From contig CAYVRY010000001.1 of NCBI GenBank assembly GCA_964452895.1, positions 525 through 64,524 of the forward strand: DNA of 64,000 nt, in the 5' to 3' direction. Every line of letters starts with the position of its first letter. Position 1 is the stretch's first letter. The translations under genes and the position numbers were made by a program. Below the pieces are notes generated by a model. It had not been told where the DNA came from. It ran no database searches and was given only the letters and a program-made list of their open reading frames with translations. This document shows, one piece after another, positions 20,235 to 29,501 of the stretch. Origin of the DNA: an uncultured Halobacteriales archaeon (GTDB taxonomy: Archaea; Thermoplasmatota; E2; JACPAO01; JAHWKR01).

Positions 20235-21086
20235 TTATCGTGCACCATGAGTAAGGGCCGTCTCCATGAAGCGGGTCAGATCGGAGGCCAATCGATCGGG
20301 TTCTTCCCAGTGGCATGCGTGACCCGTTCCCTCATAGACCGTGAGCCGGGCGTGCGGGATCGTGGCCTTCTGCAGTTCCTGGTCGCTGCGGGTACAGAAT
20401 CCGTCCTGGTCCCCCCAGATGATGAGGGTCGGGGCCTGGATCGTGTCCAGTTCTCTCGAAAGCGCGTCGTCCTTCAGGCTGCCGGCGGTCGCTGCTTGCC
20501 ATACGCGTAGGGGGACCTTCAGACTCTCGTGCATGATGGTTTCAAAGAACGCTTGCGGGACCGGCTTGGCGATCGTGCTTTGCTGGAACTCCCGCACGAA
20601 TTCCGGATCGGTCTCTTCCATGTTGGCGATTATCTGCCCTACCTCCTGTGCGGCTGGATTGTTCGGCAGGTCGGCGAACGAGCTGACGAGCACAACTCCA
20701 AGGGTCCGCTCGGGGTGGTCGACGGCGAACCGTTGGGCGTTGCAGCTGCCCATGGAATGGCCGACGACGACCGCTGCCTCCAGGCCGAGTGAATCCATGA
20801 ACGCGGCGACATCCGCCGCATAATCCGGGAAGCGGTAGCCCGTCTCGGGGCGGCTCGAGTCGCCGTGGCCCCTTTGCGTGAGGGCGAAGGCACGAACGGA
20901 CCGGGGCAGTCGCGACAAGACGAGTTCGAAGGACCGCCAGGAATCACTCAGGCCGTGCAGGAACACCACGGGGATCCCCGACGGGTCTCCCTGCTCGGCG
21001 TACTGGAGGCGGACTCCGGTGGAAAGTTCGACGGATTGGACCTTGGGCGGCGCCTGGTTTTGGGGTTTCGATTGTCCAACGGCCAT
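20235..21086 (-). CDS. Alpha/beta fold hydrolase
   Basis: FLHG, QRGHGDS, GHSMG nucleophile elbow, WGDQD, GTGH. Confidence 0.9.
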   Translation of the reverse strand: MAVGQSKPQNQAPPKVQSVELSTGVRLQYAEQGDPSGIPVVFLHGLSDSWRSFELVLSRLPRSVRAFALTQRGHGDSSRPETGYRFPDYAADVAAFMDSLGLEAAVVVGHSMGSCNAQRFAVDHPERTLGVVLVSSFADLPNNPAAQEVGQIIANMEETDPEFVREFQQSTIAKPVPQAFFETIMHESLKVPLRVWQAATAGSLKDDALSRELDTIQAPTLIIWGDQDGFCTRSDQELQKATIPHARLTVYEGTGHACHWEEPDRLASDLTRFMETALTHGAR

Positions 21087-21120
21087 TGCATTCCCTCGCG
21101 TGTGCCGGACCACCAAAAAG

Positions 21121-21160
21121 GTAGACCGACCGACATATTCAGTAGACCGACCGTCATATT
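21121..21160. promoter_or_regulatory. Tandem operator pair for the adjacent TetR regulator
   Basis: GTAGACCGACCG(A/T)CATATT twice (21121-21139, 21142-21160), each an imperfect palindrome, abutting AT-rich TATTTAATA. Confidence 0.7.
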
Positions 21161-21188
21161 TAATAGCTTTGTCACCCCATTGACTTTC

Positions 21189-21770
21189 ATGGGCTCCGAG
21201 ACCCGCGAAAGGATGGTCCAGACGACGGCCCGGCTTGTCATGAGCCAGGGGTTCCACGGCACGAGCCTCGCCGAGATCCTCGCAGCGAGCCAGGCGCCCC
21301 GCGGTTCGCTCTACTTCCACTTCCCCGGGGGAAAGGAAGAATTGATCCTGGCCGGGGCGCAGCACGCGATCGCCCAGGCCAGCAAGAACCTGCGGCACGC
21401 CTTTGCACAAGCCGCGGACGCCTCCGAAGGCGTCCGCCTCTTCTTCGATGGGCTCGTGGAGATGGAGCTCGACTCCCACTACCGCATCGGCTGCCCCGTC
21501 AACGCGCTCACTTCGGACACACCGGCCGACACGTCGCCCATCTCCGACGTATGCCGGGAAGGCATCCGGGAATGGGAACAGATCTACCGGGATGCGTTCG
21601 TGGCCGACGGCATCGCGCCAGCGCGGGCCGGGGAACTGGCCACCTTCGTGCTGGCCGCGGAAGAGGGCGCGATCCTCATGGCGCGCGCGCAACGAGAGAC
21701 CGGCCCCCTGGAATCGGTGCGCGACCAGCTGGCGACGATGATCCGCAACGAACCCAGAAGTCCCGCATGA
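21189..21770 (+). CDS. TetR/AcrR family regulator (LmrA/YxaF-like)
   Basis: QGFHGTSLAEI..S.APRGSLYFHFPGGKEEL HTH, GCPV, EGAILMAR. Confidence 0.92.
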   Translation: MGSETRERMVQTTARLVMSQGFHGTSLAEILAASQAPRGSLYFHFPGGKEELILAGAQHAIAQASKNLRHAFAQAADASEGVRLFFDGLVEMELDSHYRIGCPVNALTSDTPADTSPISDVCREGIREWEQIYRDAFVADGIAPARAGELATFVLAAEEGAILMARAQRETGPLESVRDQLATMIRNEPRSPA

Positions 21771-21789
21771 CCAAGGCCACGGCGCCTGC

Positions 21790-22839
21790 CTAATTGGACT
21801 CTCCGTGTTCGATCAGGAAGTTCACGCTCGTGGGCCAGTGTCCTCCATGGGTCTCCTTGACGAGGGTCACCGTGCGATCACCCGTCAAAAGCGGCAACAA
21901 TCCGTCGGGCAGTTCAGCGCGGTAAGGCGGGATTATTGCCACCCCCGTGTACACACCGGCCTGGTCGAGCACCTGGTGACCGCTCCACCACAGATGCTGG
22001 TTGATGAGCCAGGCCGTGGGGCTGCCGTCGAACCCGAGAAGCGCGTACACGTAGGGCATGGCGTGCACGGTGCCCACGTGTTCGTCGTCAATGTAGACCT
22101 TGAACCGCGGTGGTTCCGGTTCCCCCAACGCGCTGAGGTACCAGAACTCCCCGTCTTGGGTGTGCCCGCTTGTGAACAGTTCGATGGTCGCGCGCTCCAC
22201 CGGGGCGTCTCCGAAATCCAGGGAGGCGGTGTGCGTGCTTGTCCCGGAGACCCCGCGGAACGTGAAGGCGGATCGGACCGCTTCTGCGCGGGCGTCGCCC
22301 GCCGCCGCGGTGGGTTCCTGGTAGAACAGCAGGTCCGCGCTGACGAAGATCCCGGCGCCCACCCAGCTGTCGAGATACACGCTCACGTTCACTGCGGTCC
22401 CGTCGAACAGGGAGGCGTATTCCGTGAGGTCCTCGGTGATCTCGAAATCGCCGCGCGTGGTGGTGCCGTGCAGGACCTGCACGCCGTCAATGGCCGCCCG
22501 GAAGAGCCGGTCCCACGGATCGCCGCCGGGATGGTTCGGCCAGGAATGAAACCGCAGGAAGACCCGGTTCCACTGCACGTCTTCAAGCTCCACGGTGCTC
22601 GTGCGCGTGCCCGCGGTGAAACGCCATAGCTCCTCTTCGAACGCGCTCACCGTGGCCACGGGCTGAGTGACCGGGGGTGTATCGGGGCCCTGCTCGGGAA
22701 CGAGCACGGGTCCGCTTTCATCCCCGCCCGACCGGACGACCGACTCCGGCTCATTCATGGGAACAAGCCCGGCGTGTGCACTGCCCGGTACGATGATCAA
22801 GACGAACGCACAGACCGTGAGCAACCTACCCCGCACCAT
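21790..22839 (-). CDS. Secreted peptide-N4-asparagine amidase (PNGase A-like) domain protein
   Basis: Signal peptide; DPWDRL...GV.VL.GTT...F...DLTEYASLF and EFWY motifs recalling PNGase A. Confidence 0.6.
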   Translation of the reverse strand: MVRGRLLTVCAFVLIIVPGSAHAGLVPMNEPESVVRSGGDESGPVLVPEQGPDTPPVTQPVATVSAFEEELWRFTAGTRTSTVELEDVQWNRVFLRFHSWPNHPGGDPWDRLFRAAIDGVQVLHGTTTRGDFEITEDLTEYASLFDGTAVNVSVYLDSWVGAGIFVSADLLFYQEPTAAAGDARAEAVRSAFTFRGVSGTSTHTASLDFGDAPVERATIELFTSGHTQDGEFWYLSALGEPEPPRFKVYIDDEHVGTVHAMPYVYALLGFDGSPTAWLINQHLWWSGHQVLDQAGVYTGVAIIPPYRAELPDGLLPLLTGDRTVTLVKETHGGHWPTSVNFLIEHGESN

Positions 22840-22921
22840 GGGCTGGGCAGATGCGGGTATCTGTTTAAGCGTACTGATTCATTTCAGACCGGCGCCCCGA
22901 TGCATTGACCGGATCGCGTCT

Positions 22922-24058
22922 TCACACATCCGGGTCCCGTCTGCGCCGTGGTTGCACGCCGCGTTTGGGGCCTTGCGAACTGCGTTTTTGCGCCAACGGC
23001 GAGTCGCGTCCTACCTTGCGGGCTGCGCCGCCGGTGGGTCCGCTGCGGCGTTTGCTGGGTGCTCCGCCGCTTCCCGGCGGGCCGCCGCCTTGACGCGCCC
23101 GGCCTCCACGGCGTCCGCGTCGGCGACGACCGCCGCCGCCTCTTCCCGGGCCGCCCTGTTGCGGGCCGCCGCCACCGCCACCACCGCCGCCACCGCCGCT
23201 GCGGCCGCGTCGGCGGCCACCGCGTCGTCCACGTCCAGGCGGAGCGATCCCCATCACGCGACGGACTTCGTTCTCGAACCGTCGGTCATACTTGGCGAGG
23301 GTCTCGTCGAGGTCTTCCTCGGGCGCGATCTCCGGGCGGGGTCCGAGCCGTTCCCGCACTTTCTTCTCCGCGTCTTCGCGGGTGATGCGTGGGCGCTTGG
23401 GGGCTTGTCGGTCGCGTCCGAACTCGCGTTCGTCACGCAGTTCCACCTCTTCTTCCCCTTCCGCCATCTCGGTGGTGATCATGTCGTCGTACGGGCTTGC
23501 TTCCATGGTGGTGGAGAACTCAGAACCGTAGAATGAATCGAGATCCTCGGGGTCTTCCTCGGGGGTCTCTTCTTTCGTTTCCGTCAAGGGAGCGTCTTGA
23601 GCCTGTGTCTCTGCATCCGGTTGCTGGACGGTTTTTTCCACTTGCTTCTTCACGGTCCGTTTCTTGGCGGTCGTCGCCGGCGCCGTTGTCGCCGTGGGCT
23701 CTGGCTGATGCACGGTTGTGGTTTCTTCGCCGTCGGTGCTCTGGGGCGCCATCTTGGCGGACGGTTTCTTGGCCGCGGTTTTCTTGGCGGACGACCCGCG
23801 CTTGCTGTGCCCTTGACCGTTTTTCATCGCGGGGGTCGCAGGAGACGTTTTCACCCCCTTGGCCGTCTCGCTGGCGGCGTGGCGGGCGCAGAAGGCACTG
23901 TCCTCCTGCGGCTTGAGCCGGCACTGGGTCCCTTTGACCGTGGTCGCTTGACAGGTGTCGGCCGTCGCCTTTGTCCGTTTCGCGGGCTTGGCCTTTTTTG
24001 CGGCTCGCGGGGTGCCAACCTTCTGGCGACCCCGTGGCCCCTTCTTACTGGTTACCAA
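22922..24058 (-). CDS. Low-complexity protein: K/A-rich N-term, CxxxTxxGxxC..CxxH Zn finger, acidic middle, RG/poly-Gly C-term
   Basis: TTG 24058 with upstream AGGAG, TTTTTATA box at 24174-24167, CQATTVKGTQCRLKPQEDSAFCARH motif (DUF5763-like). Confidence 0.75.
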   Translation of the reverse strand: MVTSKKGPRGRQKVGTPRAAKKAKPAKRTKATADTCQATTVKGTQCRLKPQEDSAFCARHAASETAKGVKTSPATPAMKNGQGHSKRGSSAKKTAAKKPSAKMAPQSTDGEETTTVHQPEPTATTAPATTAKKRTVKKQVEKTVQQPDAETQAQDAPLTETKEETPEEDPEDLDSFYGSEFSTTMEASPYDDMITTEMAEGEEEVELRDEREFGRDRQAPKRPRITREDAEKKVRERLGPRPEIAPEEDLDETLAKYDRRFENEVRRVMGIAPPGRGRRGGRRRGRSGGGGGGGGGGGPQQGGPGRGGGGRRRRGRRGGRARQGGGPPGSGGAPSKRRSGPTGGAARKVGRDSPLAQKRSSQGPKRGVQPRRRRDPDV

Positions 24059-24244
24059 CAGGACAACTCCTGGGGTGGCGTCTGTTCGAAAGGCGCCTGG
24101 GTACTGGCGCACTCCGGTCTCGCCGGGTGCAGCCTGATTCCCTGTATTCCCCTGACTCTGCCGACCTATAAAAACAATCGGGTACGCGCTTGGCGTCGTG
24201 TGCGCCCCAAAGAGGTTTTCAGCGGACCCTTTATCCGCGCCAGC

Positions 24245-25258
24245 GTGCCGGATCAAAGATTCGCTGTTCAGGTGAAGGATCTTGTCAAGGAGTATCCGAA
24301 ACCCGATGGGTCGTCGCAATCATCGTTTCGTGCAGTGGACTCGTTGAGTCTGTCGATCCCGAAGGGTGGGTTCTATGGGCTTCTGGGTCCCAACGGGGCG
24401 GGCAAGACGACGACGATCCGGATCTTGACGGGGCTCGCGCGCCGGACCAGTGGAGAGGCACGCGTGGGGGGCCTGGACGTGCGCAAGGACTTCCGGACCA
24501 CGCGGCGCATGATCGGGCTGGCGCCGCAGGAGTTCGACTTCGACCAGTTCCTGACGACCCAGCAGGTCTTGTTCTACCATGGTCTCTATTTCGAGATGAG
24601 CCGGCGGCATGCCCGTGCGAACGCCGCGGCGTTGCTGGAGCGGTTCGGGTTGTTGCACAAGCGGGACGTGCGGGTGATCCACCTCTCCGGGGGACAAAAG
24701 AGGCGTCTGTTGATCGCCAAGGCGCTGATGCATGAACCGGACCTGTTGGTCCTGGATGAACCCACGGCGGGCATCGACGTCTCGTTGCGACGTGACCTGT
24801 GGGATTATCTGCGCGAGCAGAAGAGCCAAGGACGCACGATCTTGTTGACGACGCACTACATCGAGGAGGCGGAGGCCTTGTGCGACCAGGTGGGGATCAT
24901 CGATCAGGGACGGTTGGTGGCCGAGGGCACGCCGGGGGAGCTGTCCGCGCGCTCCGGGAGCGACAAGGTCCGGGTGGCCCTCGCCGAGCCACTTGTGCAG
25001 GACGTGGCTGCGCTTTCCGAGAGACTGGGGATGCAGGTCTGGCTGGAGGAGGACGGCAATCTGCTTGTGGCGCAAGGGGGCCGCGGGGGGCGTGTGGCCA
25101 CGCAGCTTCTGGAAGGCCTCGTGGGCCAGGGGATCCGCGTGGAAAGCCTGGAGATCAGCCGGCAGAGCCTGGAGGATGCGTTCGTGCAATTGACCGGGTT
25201 GCGGCTCGACGAGCGGGGGGAGATCTCGCAGCGGCGCGAAGCGGGAGGCAACGTCTGA
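24245..25258 (+). CDS. ABC-2 exporter ATP-binding subunit (YadG/DrrA-like)
   Basis: GPNGAGKTT, LSGGQKRR, LVLDEPT, TTHY. Confidence 0.93.
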   Translation: MPDQRFAVQVKDLVKEYPKPDGSSQSSFRAVDSLSLSIPKGGFYGLLGPNGAGKTTTIRILTGLARRTSGEARVGGLDVRKDFRTTRRMIGLAPQEFDFDQFLTTQQVLFYHGLYFEMSRRHARANAAALLERFGLLHKRDVRVIHLSGGQKRRLLIAKALMHEPDLLVLDEPTAGIDVSLRRDLWDYLREQKSQGRTILLTTHYIEEAEALCDQVGIIDQGRLVAEGTPGELSARSGSDKVRVALAEPLVQDVAALSERLGMQVWLEEDGNLLVAQGGRGGRVATQLLEGLVGQGIRVESLEISRQSLEDAFVQLTGLRLDERGEISQRREAGGNV

Positions 25259-25268
25259 TGGGAGGATT

Positions 25269-26030
25269 GTGCTGATGCGGGGCTGGGTCGCGGTGATGGA
25301 ACGGGAGATCCTGCGCTACATGAAGGTGTGGACGCAGACCATTGTCCCTCCGGTCCTTCAGGCGGTGCTGTTTATCTTGATCTTCGGGCAGGCGCTCGGG
25401 CCGCGGATCCGGGAGGTCGAGGGCGTGGCGTACCTGGATTTCATCGCGCCGGGTCTCGTGATGCTCGGCATCGTGAACGCCTCCTACCAGAACTCGGCGA
25501 CGTCGCTCTACGATTCCCGGATGCGGGGCTACATCGAGGACGTCTTGACGGCCCCGGTGTCGGATTTCGAGCTCGCGTCGGCGTATGTGCTCGGCGCGGC
25601 TTCCCGCGGGGTGCTGGTGGGCCTGGGCACCATCGCGATCGTCCTGATGTTCACGAGCCTTCCCTGGACGAACATCTTCCTGGTGGGTTTCTACATGGTG
25701 GCGGTGAGCGTGATCTTCGCCTGCCTGGGATGTTGGTTCGGACTGTGGGGCCGCCTCTGGGACCACGTGTTCCTGCCGGTGACCTTCCTGTTCATGCCGC
25801 TTACGTTCCTTGGTGGGGTCTTCTACAGCATCAAGATGCTGCCGCAGGGGGCGGCGAACGTGTCCATGTTCAACCCCATGTTCTACATGGTGAACGGGAT
25901 CCGCTACTCCATGGTCGGTGTGAGCGACGCGAACGTGCTCGCGGGCACGTTGGGGATCGGTCTCGCGGCGGTGGGTTGTTTCGTGTTTACCGTGGTGTTG
26001 TTCAAGAGCGGGTACCGGCTCAGGTCGTAA
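25269..26030 (+). CDS. ABC-2 exporter permease (YadH-like)
   Basis: About six TM helices, YLDFIAPGL, PLTFLGGVFYS, NP.FYMVNGIRY; GGAGG upstream. Confidence 0.9.
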   Translation: MLMRGWVAVMEREILRYMKVWTQTIVPPVLQAVLFILIFGQALGPRIREVEGVAYLDFIAPGLVMLGIVNASYQNSATSLYDSRMRGYIEDVLTAPVSDFELASAYVLGAASRGVLVGLGTIAIVLMFTSLPWTNIFLVGFYMVAVSVIFACLGCWFGLWGRLWDHVFLPVTFLFMPLTFLGGVFYSIKMLPQGAANVSMFNPMFYMVNGIRYSMVGVSDANVLAGTLGIGLAAVGCFVFTVVLFKSGYRLRS

Positions 26031-26048
26031 GCGGCCAGACGCACTCGC

Positions 26049-27803
26049 TCACGGCCGTTTTCCCCACGGCACCTTCATGGTGGCCTCCGGGTCGGTCCAA
26101 TGCAACGATACGCTCGTCCCTTCCGGTCCCAGGTGGATCGTGTTCGTGGCGCGGCCGGCGGTCTCGGCGGGCACGATCCCGGTGGGGTTGTAGCAGCCTC
26201 CTCGGTGGTCGTCCCAGCAGTGCGGCTCCCCGGCGAGTCCGTTCGTATTGGCGGAGTCCTGACTGGCGATGACGAGCGCGACCCGGTGGCCCGCCTCGAC
26301 GACCACGGCGCTGGGCATGAGCTGTATGTCCCATTCGTACACGCTGCCCGGTTCCATGTCGAGCCATTCGTCCTCGGCCCCCCAGGAGTGGCTGTCCGCG
26401 TAGCCGTGACTGATCCATTCCCAGGACCCGTCGGGTGCCTCGTCGAGCAGGTAGGCGACCCATTTCGTCTCGGCTTCGTCGCTGGATGCGAGCAGGTGCA
26501 CGGTGGGCGCACCGTTGACGAGGCGGGCCGCGTCGAGGGGTTCGGTGCGGAAGGCCACATGGGCGTCCTCCCATCGGCCCCGGTTCACGCCGTTTTTGTC
26601 CATATAGGACACGTCGCCCTCCTCGACGGCGCTCGGGGTCAAGCCGCCGTCCGCGCTCGCGTTCAATTGCACCGGCTCGCTGGGTTCCAGCGGCCACTGT
26701 TGTCCTTCGTGCCAGGTCCCCGTCGAGTCTTCCACCAAGACGCGGGGTTCGCCCCACAGGCCGTTGTCGTGCTCAAAGAGCGTCCCGTCCAGCCACCGGT
26801 GCCGCACCTTCTCGAAATCCTCGGCCGGGTGGTCTTCCATGTCGGGCCATCCGTGGTACCACCAACCCATGATCATGTACTTCGGGAAGTCGTCAGGAAG
26901 AACGTCCCAGTAGAGCTGGGAGTGGTCGGGGTGGACGTTGAGGTCCACGAAGCCGTGTGTGAGAAGGATCGGTGCTTGCGCCAGGTGGGCGTGCCGGGAA
27001 AGGTCCCGGTCGGACCACAACTCGGTGAAGGGGCCTTCCACCTGGGCGTACTGGACGAGGGTCTCGCCGGTGCACGGGGCGGCTTGTGCACTCAGGCCCT
27101 CCAGGTCGAGGTACATCGCCGGTTGAAGTTCGACCACCTGGTAGAACTCGTTGATCTGTTCAAGCCGTGCGCCCTGCAGCCACTGGTCTTGATAGTAGCT
27201 GACGACCGGTGCGTGGGCAAGGGCGGCACCCAGATCCTCGTCGGCGGCGTGGGCGACGACGGACCCCATGCCCGGATGGCTCACGCCGTCCGTGACGATG
27301 ACATCATTGCTCCAGGGTTGGGATCGGATCCATTCCGTGAACACGCGGGCGTCCGAGCGGTCCTTGGAACCACCGAAGTCCAGGCAACCTTCGGACCCGT
27401 TCGTCCCGCGGGCGTCCGCCTCTACGTAGGCCGCGCCCCGCAGTACATAATCGGCCCATGATGGAGTAGGTCCAGAGACGCCTTCGACCGGGTCCGAGGT
27501 CCGCCCCGATTGGTAGGGTGTGAGCTGTAGGAGTGTGGGCAACCGGGCATCGGGTTCAAGCCCCGCCGGCAGGTGGAGACTCAAGGACAACCGGGTGCCG
27601 TCTTCCGCTTCGATGTAGACGACCGAACTGTCGATCGCATCGTGGATCGGTTCACTGAGATTGCCGAGCCACGCCTCGGGGGCGACGCGTTCGGTGGCGG
27701 TGTCTTCGTCCGTGGGCTCTGACCCATTGTCCGTGTTCCCGAAGCAACCGGCGAGCACGACGGACGTGACCAGAATGACCATGAAGGAAGGGTTTTGCAT
27801 CAT
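26049..27803 (-). CDS. CocE/NonD (S15 X-Pro dipeptidyl peptidase-like) hydrolase, lipoprotein
   Basis: LAGC lipobox, DGTRL, TPY, DARGT.GS.G, QPWS, GVSHPG nucleophile, HG..D.NV, C-terminal GHRVAL. Confidence 0.82.
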   Translation of the reverse strand: MMQNPSFMVILVTSVVLAGCFGNTDNGSEPTDEDTATERVAPEAWLGNLSEPIHDAIDSSVVYIEAEDGTRLSLSLHLPAGLEPDARLPTLLQLTPYQSGRTSDPVEGVSGPTPSWADYVLRGAAYVEADARGTNGSEGCLDFGGSKDRSDARVFTEWIRSQPWSNDVIVTDGVSHPGMGSVVAHAADEDLGAALAHAPVVSYYQDQWLQGARLEQINEFYQVVELQPAMYLDLEGLSAQAAPCTGETLVQYAQVEGPFTELWSDRDLSRHAHLAQAPILLTHGFVDLNVHPDHSQLYWDVLPDDFPKYMIMGWWYHGWPDMEDHPAEDFEKVRHRWLDGTLFEHDNGLWGEPRVLVEDSTGTWHEGQQWPLEPSEPVQLNASADGGLTPSAVEEGDVSYMDKNGVNRGRWEDAHVAFRTEPLDAARLVNGAPTVHLLASSDEAETKWVAYLLDEAPDGSWEWISHGYADSHSWGAEDEWLDMEPGSVYEWDIQLMPSAVVVEAGHRVALVIASQDSANTNGLAGEPHCWDDHRGGCYNPTGIVPAETAGRATNTIHLGPEGTSVSLHWTDPEATMKVPWGKRP

Positions 27804-27934
27804 CGCACCAGCAACAATCCAACCCAAGACCATGCTGGCTTATAAGCGTTCTTGGACCGGGTCAACGGTTCGATGCAGGGGCGCATATTCTGCCTCCATG
27901 CGTCTTGGATCGGTTTTCCTTTCGAGTCCATGGG

Positions 27935-28861
27935 CTAGACGGGGACGGTCCATTGGGTCGGTGCGGTCTCCAGTTGCAGGTTGAACCCCCCGTCCGAGGT
28001 GAGATCGAGGATCCGTTCAATGGTAGGCCCTTGTTCCAGTACCACGCCGGCAACGGGCGTGAGCCCGGCGGTGTGGATCCCGGCGGCGCGACCGTCGCCG
28101 TAGACGAGCGGGGCGCCGGAGTCGCCGCCGGAACCGACGCCGTTCCAGGAGAGTGTGTTGCTGGAGGACAGGAACTCGTCATGGATTCGGGCTCTGGATG
28201 CGGCGGCGATGCTCGTGGCGCTGCCCCAGCCGTATTCCAGCAGGAGATCGGTGTCCAGGAGCGATCCGGGGGAGCCGATTCCCGTAGGCCCGCCCCAGGT
28301 GCATAGGGCCGGGTCCACGTCGTCGTGGTGTTGCGCGTCGATCTTGATCAGGGCGAAGTCGTTGGCGATCGCGCTGGGGTTGTTTTCCCAGCCGTCGAAG
28401 ACGACCGCTCCGAAGTCGCCGACGCCCGCGGCCGACACGCGTTGACCGGTGCCGCCCACGCAGTGCGCGGCGGTGCCGATGAAGAGGTCGCCTCCTTGGC
28501 TGAAGACGAAGTTCAACGTGCAGCCGCTCGGGGCCGTCATGCGCGCCCCGGGACGCAGTCCTTGGCACGCTTCGAACGACGGAAGGGTTTGGCCCAGCGG
28601 CACGACCGGTCCGTCAAGCGGGTCACTCGTCCGCTCTGGCGCGTGAGGCGCCGGACCGACAAGTCCCTCTTCCCGGCAATCCTTCGGCGTCCATTGGGAC
28701 CTGAGCACGAGATGGCCCCCGGTCGCCCCGGCCTGCATGATGAGCGGTTCGTCATGCCCGGCGGGCGACGAAGCGGCGAGGGGAGCCTCAGTGGCACCCG
28801 CCGTCAAGGCGAGCAACAGGATCAACGCGGCCGCGGTCTGGAAGGCGAAGATTTTCTGCAT
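27935..28861 (-). CDS. Secreted trypsin-like (S1) serine protease
   Basis: Signal peptide; CTLNF, TAAHC, NDFALI, GGDSGAP catalytic triad. Confidence 0.88.
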   Translation of the reverse strand: MQKIFAFQTAAALILLLALTAGATEAPLAASSPAGHDEPLIMQAGATGGHLVLRSQWTPKDCREEGLVGPAPHAPERTSDPLDGPVVPLGQTLPSFEACQGLRPGARMTAPSGCTLNFVFSQGGDLFIGTAAHCVGGTGQRVSAAGVGDFGAVVFDGWENNPSAIANDFALIKIDAQHHDDVDPALCTWGGPTGIGSPGSLLDTDLLLEYGWGSATSIAAASRARIHDEFLSSSNTLSWNGVGSGGDSGAPLVYGDGRAAGIHTAGLTPVAGVVLEQGPTIERILDLTSDGGFNLQLETAPTQWTVPV

Positions 28862-28989
28862 GGGCCCACCGGAAGTTCAGGATGGCGATGGGGGGGTTAT
28901 GGTTTGTGATTTCATTCGAGTATTCGGGATGCAGAAGGCGTATTAGCTACCGGAGAGCGGCCAATTATGCTTACTAGGGGTTGGGGGCT

Positions 28990-29016
28990 GCGTTCATTGC
29001 GTTCATGGCGTTCGTG
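28990..29016. repeat. 3 x 9-bp imperfect tandem repeat
   Basis: gcgttcatt gcgttcatg gcgttcgtg in the divergent intergenic region. Confidence 0.6.
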
Positions 29017-29055
29017 CAAAACGCTGAAAACCGGCGCGGTCTCGCGGCAAGGGAG

Positions 29056-29490
29056 ATGCATCGCCATGGCACGATGAAGGGGCGCTGGAAGGCGCTGGCG
29101 TTCGGCGCCCTCTGGGTGCTGCTCGGCTTCGCGCTCGCCCGGCCCGGATGGCGGGCGGTGTTCCAGGGACCCGTGCCGCAACCGCCTGGTGGCTGGGAGG
29201 CCCTGATGATCTTCGGCGGTGGGGCCTTGATCCTGGTGGGTCTGATCCTCGGCTTGACGCCGCACATCATCTGGGCGATGCGGGCGTTCTACAAGGAGGA
29301 TTTTGCCCCCGATGCGCGCTGCCCGGTCATGGTGGTCTGCCCGTCGTGCCGGGAATACAACAACCGGGCCCGGCTCCGCTGTGCGGCGTGCACCGTGGAA
29401 CTGGCCGGAGCGAAGTCGGCAAGCGGCGGCGGGGACCCGTTCTCAGGTACGGGGGACGCCTCGTTGCACGGCGATCCGCACAAACCGTGA
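29056..29490 (+). CDS. Small membrane protein with C-terminal Zn ribbon
   Basis: Two TM helices then CPSC..N.....CAAC; start 29056 or 29074. Confidence 0.65.
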   Translation: MHRHGTMKGRWKALAFGALWVLLGFALARPGWRAVFQGPVPQPPGGWEALMIFGGGALILVGLILGLTPHIIWAMRAFYKEDFAPDARCPVMVVCPSCREYNNRARLRCAACTVELAGAKSASGGGDPFSGTGDASLHGDPHKP

Positions 29491-29501
29491 GCGTCGCGCC
29501 T

